This document shows, in pieces, positions 23,104 through 24,546 of a stretch of 24,546 nucleotides of DNA (its first letter is position 1; every line of letters starts with the position of its first letter). The notes under the pieces were generated by a model. The model saw nothing but the letters and a program-made list of their open reading frames with translations, did not search any database and had not been told where the DNA came from. Both the position numbers and the translations under genes were made by a program. This DNA comes from a virus (lineage: Duplodnaviria > Caudoviricetes): IMG/VR virus record IMGVR_UViG_3300021963_000627, positions 1 through 24,546 of that record; one strand, 5' to 3'.

Positions 23104-23303
23104 GTGACCCTCAGTTCTATTTCGATCCCAAGAGCATCGCAGAACGCCAGCAGGGTCACGATGTTCCCGCTGCTTCGTTTGTTCAAGAAGGAACCGTAGG
23201 TAGCAGACGAAACTCCAGCCAGCTTGCACAATTCCCGCTGCGACAGGCCGCGACGCATACGTTCTGCCTCGATGAGTTTCTTGATCTGCGTGACACTAGA
23301 CAT
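23100..23303 (-). CDS. XRE/Cro-family helix-turn-helix regulator
   Basis: ERMRRGLSQRELCKLAGVSSATY..TLLAFCDALG; likely start ATG 23303. Confidence 0.85.
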   Translation of the reverse strand: MSSVTQIKKLIEAERMRRGLSQRELCKLAGVSSATYGSFLNKRSSGNIVTLLAFCDALGIEIELRVT

Positions 23304-23508
23304 CGAGGGTTCCACCCTCTGAATGGCCGTATGGCTTGGCAGTTAGCCGCTCCTTCGACCGTTTTGCAGGGATCGTGTAGTTGGGATCGGATTTGTACTC
23401 GCCGCACCAATAAGAGCGGGCGACACGCAACTGCTGCGGATACCGTTGGCATGACAACGATCCGCCGTCTTTCCCGGTGGTGTACTTGCAACTCAAACAG
23501 CTTTCCAT
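23296..23508 (-). CDS. Small Cys-rich phage protein
   Basis: CLSCKY...CQRYP...YWCGEY metal-binding-type motif; abuts the upstream stop. Confidence 0.65.
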   Translation of the reverse strand: MESCLSCKYTTGKDGGSLSCQRYPQQLRVARSYWCGEYKSDPNYTIPAKRSKERLTAKPYGHSEGGTLDV

Positions 23509-23745
23509 CTATGCCCCCTTGCTCTTAGCGTAACAGGCTTGACACATCGTCACGCCACCGTTTCTCAGCTTCTGACCTCTGACCAATATGATCTCGCCGC
23601 AGTCGCAGATGCACTCAAACATCGCGTTACGCCTGCGACCTTCCTGCGCCGATGACACGTAGCGAATGACATGCAGTTGACCATATTTCTTTCCAGTCTC
23701 GTCTATATATGCTGGCACATCAATCAGATTGGCGATCTTGTCCAC
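23509..23745 (-). CDS. Small Zn-ribbon protein resembling the N-terminal module of phage AP2/HNH proteins
   Basis: GKKYGQLHVI..FECICDCG..V.GQKLRNG..MCQAC; GTG start with an AGGGG RBS; no nuclease domain follows. Confidence 0.65.
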   Translation of the reverse strand: MDKIANLIDVPAYIDETGKKYGQLHVIRYVSSAQEGRRRNAMFECICDCGEIILVRGQKLRNGGVTMCQACYAKSKGA

Positions 23746-24166
23746 CGTTGTTCCCCTTCATAGCGGCTTCTGCTATTTCGCGGGCATCAATCGACTGCGC
23801 GAGCCAACTGTCCTTGTCGTTAAGCCGATTGTTTATCTTCCGCAGCGCCGCCTCCAGTTGCTCAATGCGGTCGGCGGCGGCACGAAGAAGGTTACTGGGG
23901 TGGGTGAAATACTTTTCTTCCGCTTCATCACGAAGCCGCGTCACAAGATGGTCAGTCATCATTTTTTGGCGCGGTTTTATTTCAACGAGGTCGTATGATC
24001 TGAGATACCCTTCTTTGGCTGACCCCGAATTAAGCCAAAGGCAAGCCGCCCAACCGTGTTCGCCAAGATATGCTCCATGCACAACATTGGGGTAAGTTCC
24101 ATCAGTCGCATAGATGCGAACCTCATAGCCACTGCGGGTGCGGTATTGTTTGTCTTTGCTAATCAT
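23720..24166 (-). CDS. Hypothetical early protein, apparently two fused modules
   Basis: Likely start ATG 24166. The N-half is MISKDKQYRTRSG.EVRIYATDG..VHGA..DLVE and the C-half is MTDHLVTRLR..AADRIEQLEAALR. Confidence 0.65.
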   Translation of the reverse strand: MISKDKQYRTRSGYEVRIYATDGTYPNVVHGAYLGEHGWAACLWLNSGSAKEGYLRSYDLVEIKPRQKMMTDHLVTRLRDEAEEKYFTHPSNLLRAAADRIEQLEAALRKINNRLNDKDSWLAQSIDAREIAEAAMKGNNGGQDRQSD

Positions 24167-24296
24167 CTCTTCCCTCCAGCGCATTGCGGGCTACGGCTAC
24201 GGCAACCTCAGTCGGAGGCGTGCCAAACTCAGGGTCAGGCGTCATGGCAGCAATCCACCGCAGCGCCAACTCCAGTTGCTCAATGCGGTCGGCGGC
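23840..24296. repeat. 39-bp direct repeat pair (37/39 identical) in adjacent ORFs
   Basis: CCGCAGCGCC(GC/AA)CTCCAGTTGCTCAATGCGGTCGGCGGC at 23840-23878 and 24258-24296; both copies encode AADRIEQLExALR. Confidence 0.9.
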
Positions 24297-24383
24297 TTCA
24301 TCCAACATCCGCTTCGTCTTTCGAGGTGCAAGATAAGCATCGCCTTCTGACCACTCGCGCAGCTCATCAGGCAACTTGCTCAT
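24159..24383 (-). CDS. Hypothetical early protein (AADRIEQLE family)
   Basis: Likely start ATG 24383 (MSKLPDELREW), with an ATGA overlap with the upstream ORF. Confidence 0.65.
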   Translation of the reverse strand: MSKLPDELREWSEGDAYLAPRKTKRMLDEAADRIEQLELALRWIAAMTPDPEFGTPPTEVAVAVARNALEGRDD

Positions 24384-24546
24384 CTGCGCTTCTCCCATTC
24401 AGTCACCATGGCGTCGGCATACTGGGCAGCCGATGCAGCCATAAGAGCAGGCGTCGATGGTGCGTTAGATAGCAGCCCCTGCATGGCGACAAGGAAAGCC
24501 TTGTCCCACATATCCTGCCGGTTCAGGTTCTTCAGAGTGCTGTCCA
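24380..24546 (-). CDS. Partial hypothetical phage protein entering from the window end
   Basis: Translated by hand: ...DSTLKNLNRQDMWDKAFLVAMQGLLSNAPSTPALMAASAAQYADAMVTEWEKRR*. The AMQGLL...YADAM pattern is common in small phage proteins. Confidence 0.6.
   Translation of the reverse strand, partial: DSTLKNLNRQDMWDKAFLVAMQGLLSNAPSTPALMAASAAQYADAMVTEWEKRR

Noticed and set aside
23840-24296. 39-bp repeat considered as a CRISPR repeat, att site or DGR TR/VR pair
   Set aside because: There are only two copies, 418 bp apart, both in frame within coding sequence, and no cas, integrase or RT gene in the window.
1-24546. tRNA, rRNA, integrase or transposase genes
   Set aside because: I saw no cloverleaf with a T-loop consensus in the few intergenic gaps and no recombinase or transposase motifs. 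Lifestyle (temperate or lytic) cannot be determined from this window.

Overview
This window is a 24.5-kb segment of a tailed dsDNA bacteriophage or prophage genome. It has a podovirus-type head module and probably an alphaproteobacterial host, which I infer from an RcGTA-like spike-base gene. Almost all genes are on the minus strand and tightly coupled by ATGA, TGATG, TAATG or GTGA overlaps. Read right to left, the window has: (1) small early hypothetical genes; (2) an HTH regulator, a RuvC-like resolvase, a RecE/ExoVIII-like nuclease, a DUF2815-type SSB and a VapE-like helicase; (3) a repeat-rich, origin-like intergenic region; (4) a probable terS and a terL; (5) an unusual ~4.4-kb accessory block between terL and the portal, encoding an ART-like protein, three Lys/Arg-rich microproteins, a spike-base protein, a HiPIP-like Cys protein, a GT2-like glycosyltransferase, an antisense NUMOD4-HNH endonuclease and a SAM methyltransferase; (6) the portal, a second methyltransferase, scaffold, major capsid protein and adaptor; (7) tail and fibre genes with a second HNH; (8) an orphan QueC-like PP-loop enzyme and holin-like membrane genes. 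The most interesting signals are a candidate virion-modification set (GT, two MTases and the QueC-like enzyme) embedded in the morphogenesis operon, a stand-alone ART-PolyVal-like protein, two divergent genes sharing one CATG start palindrome, and twin G5-loop hairpins plus a possible pseudoknot around the SSB gene. All family assignments come from motif recognition by eye; no database search was run.
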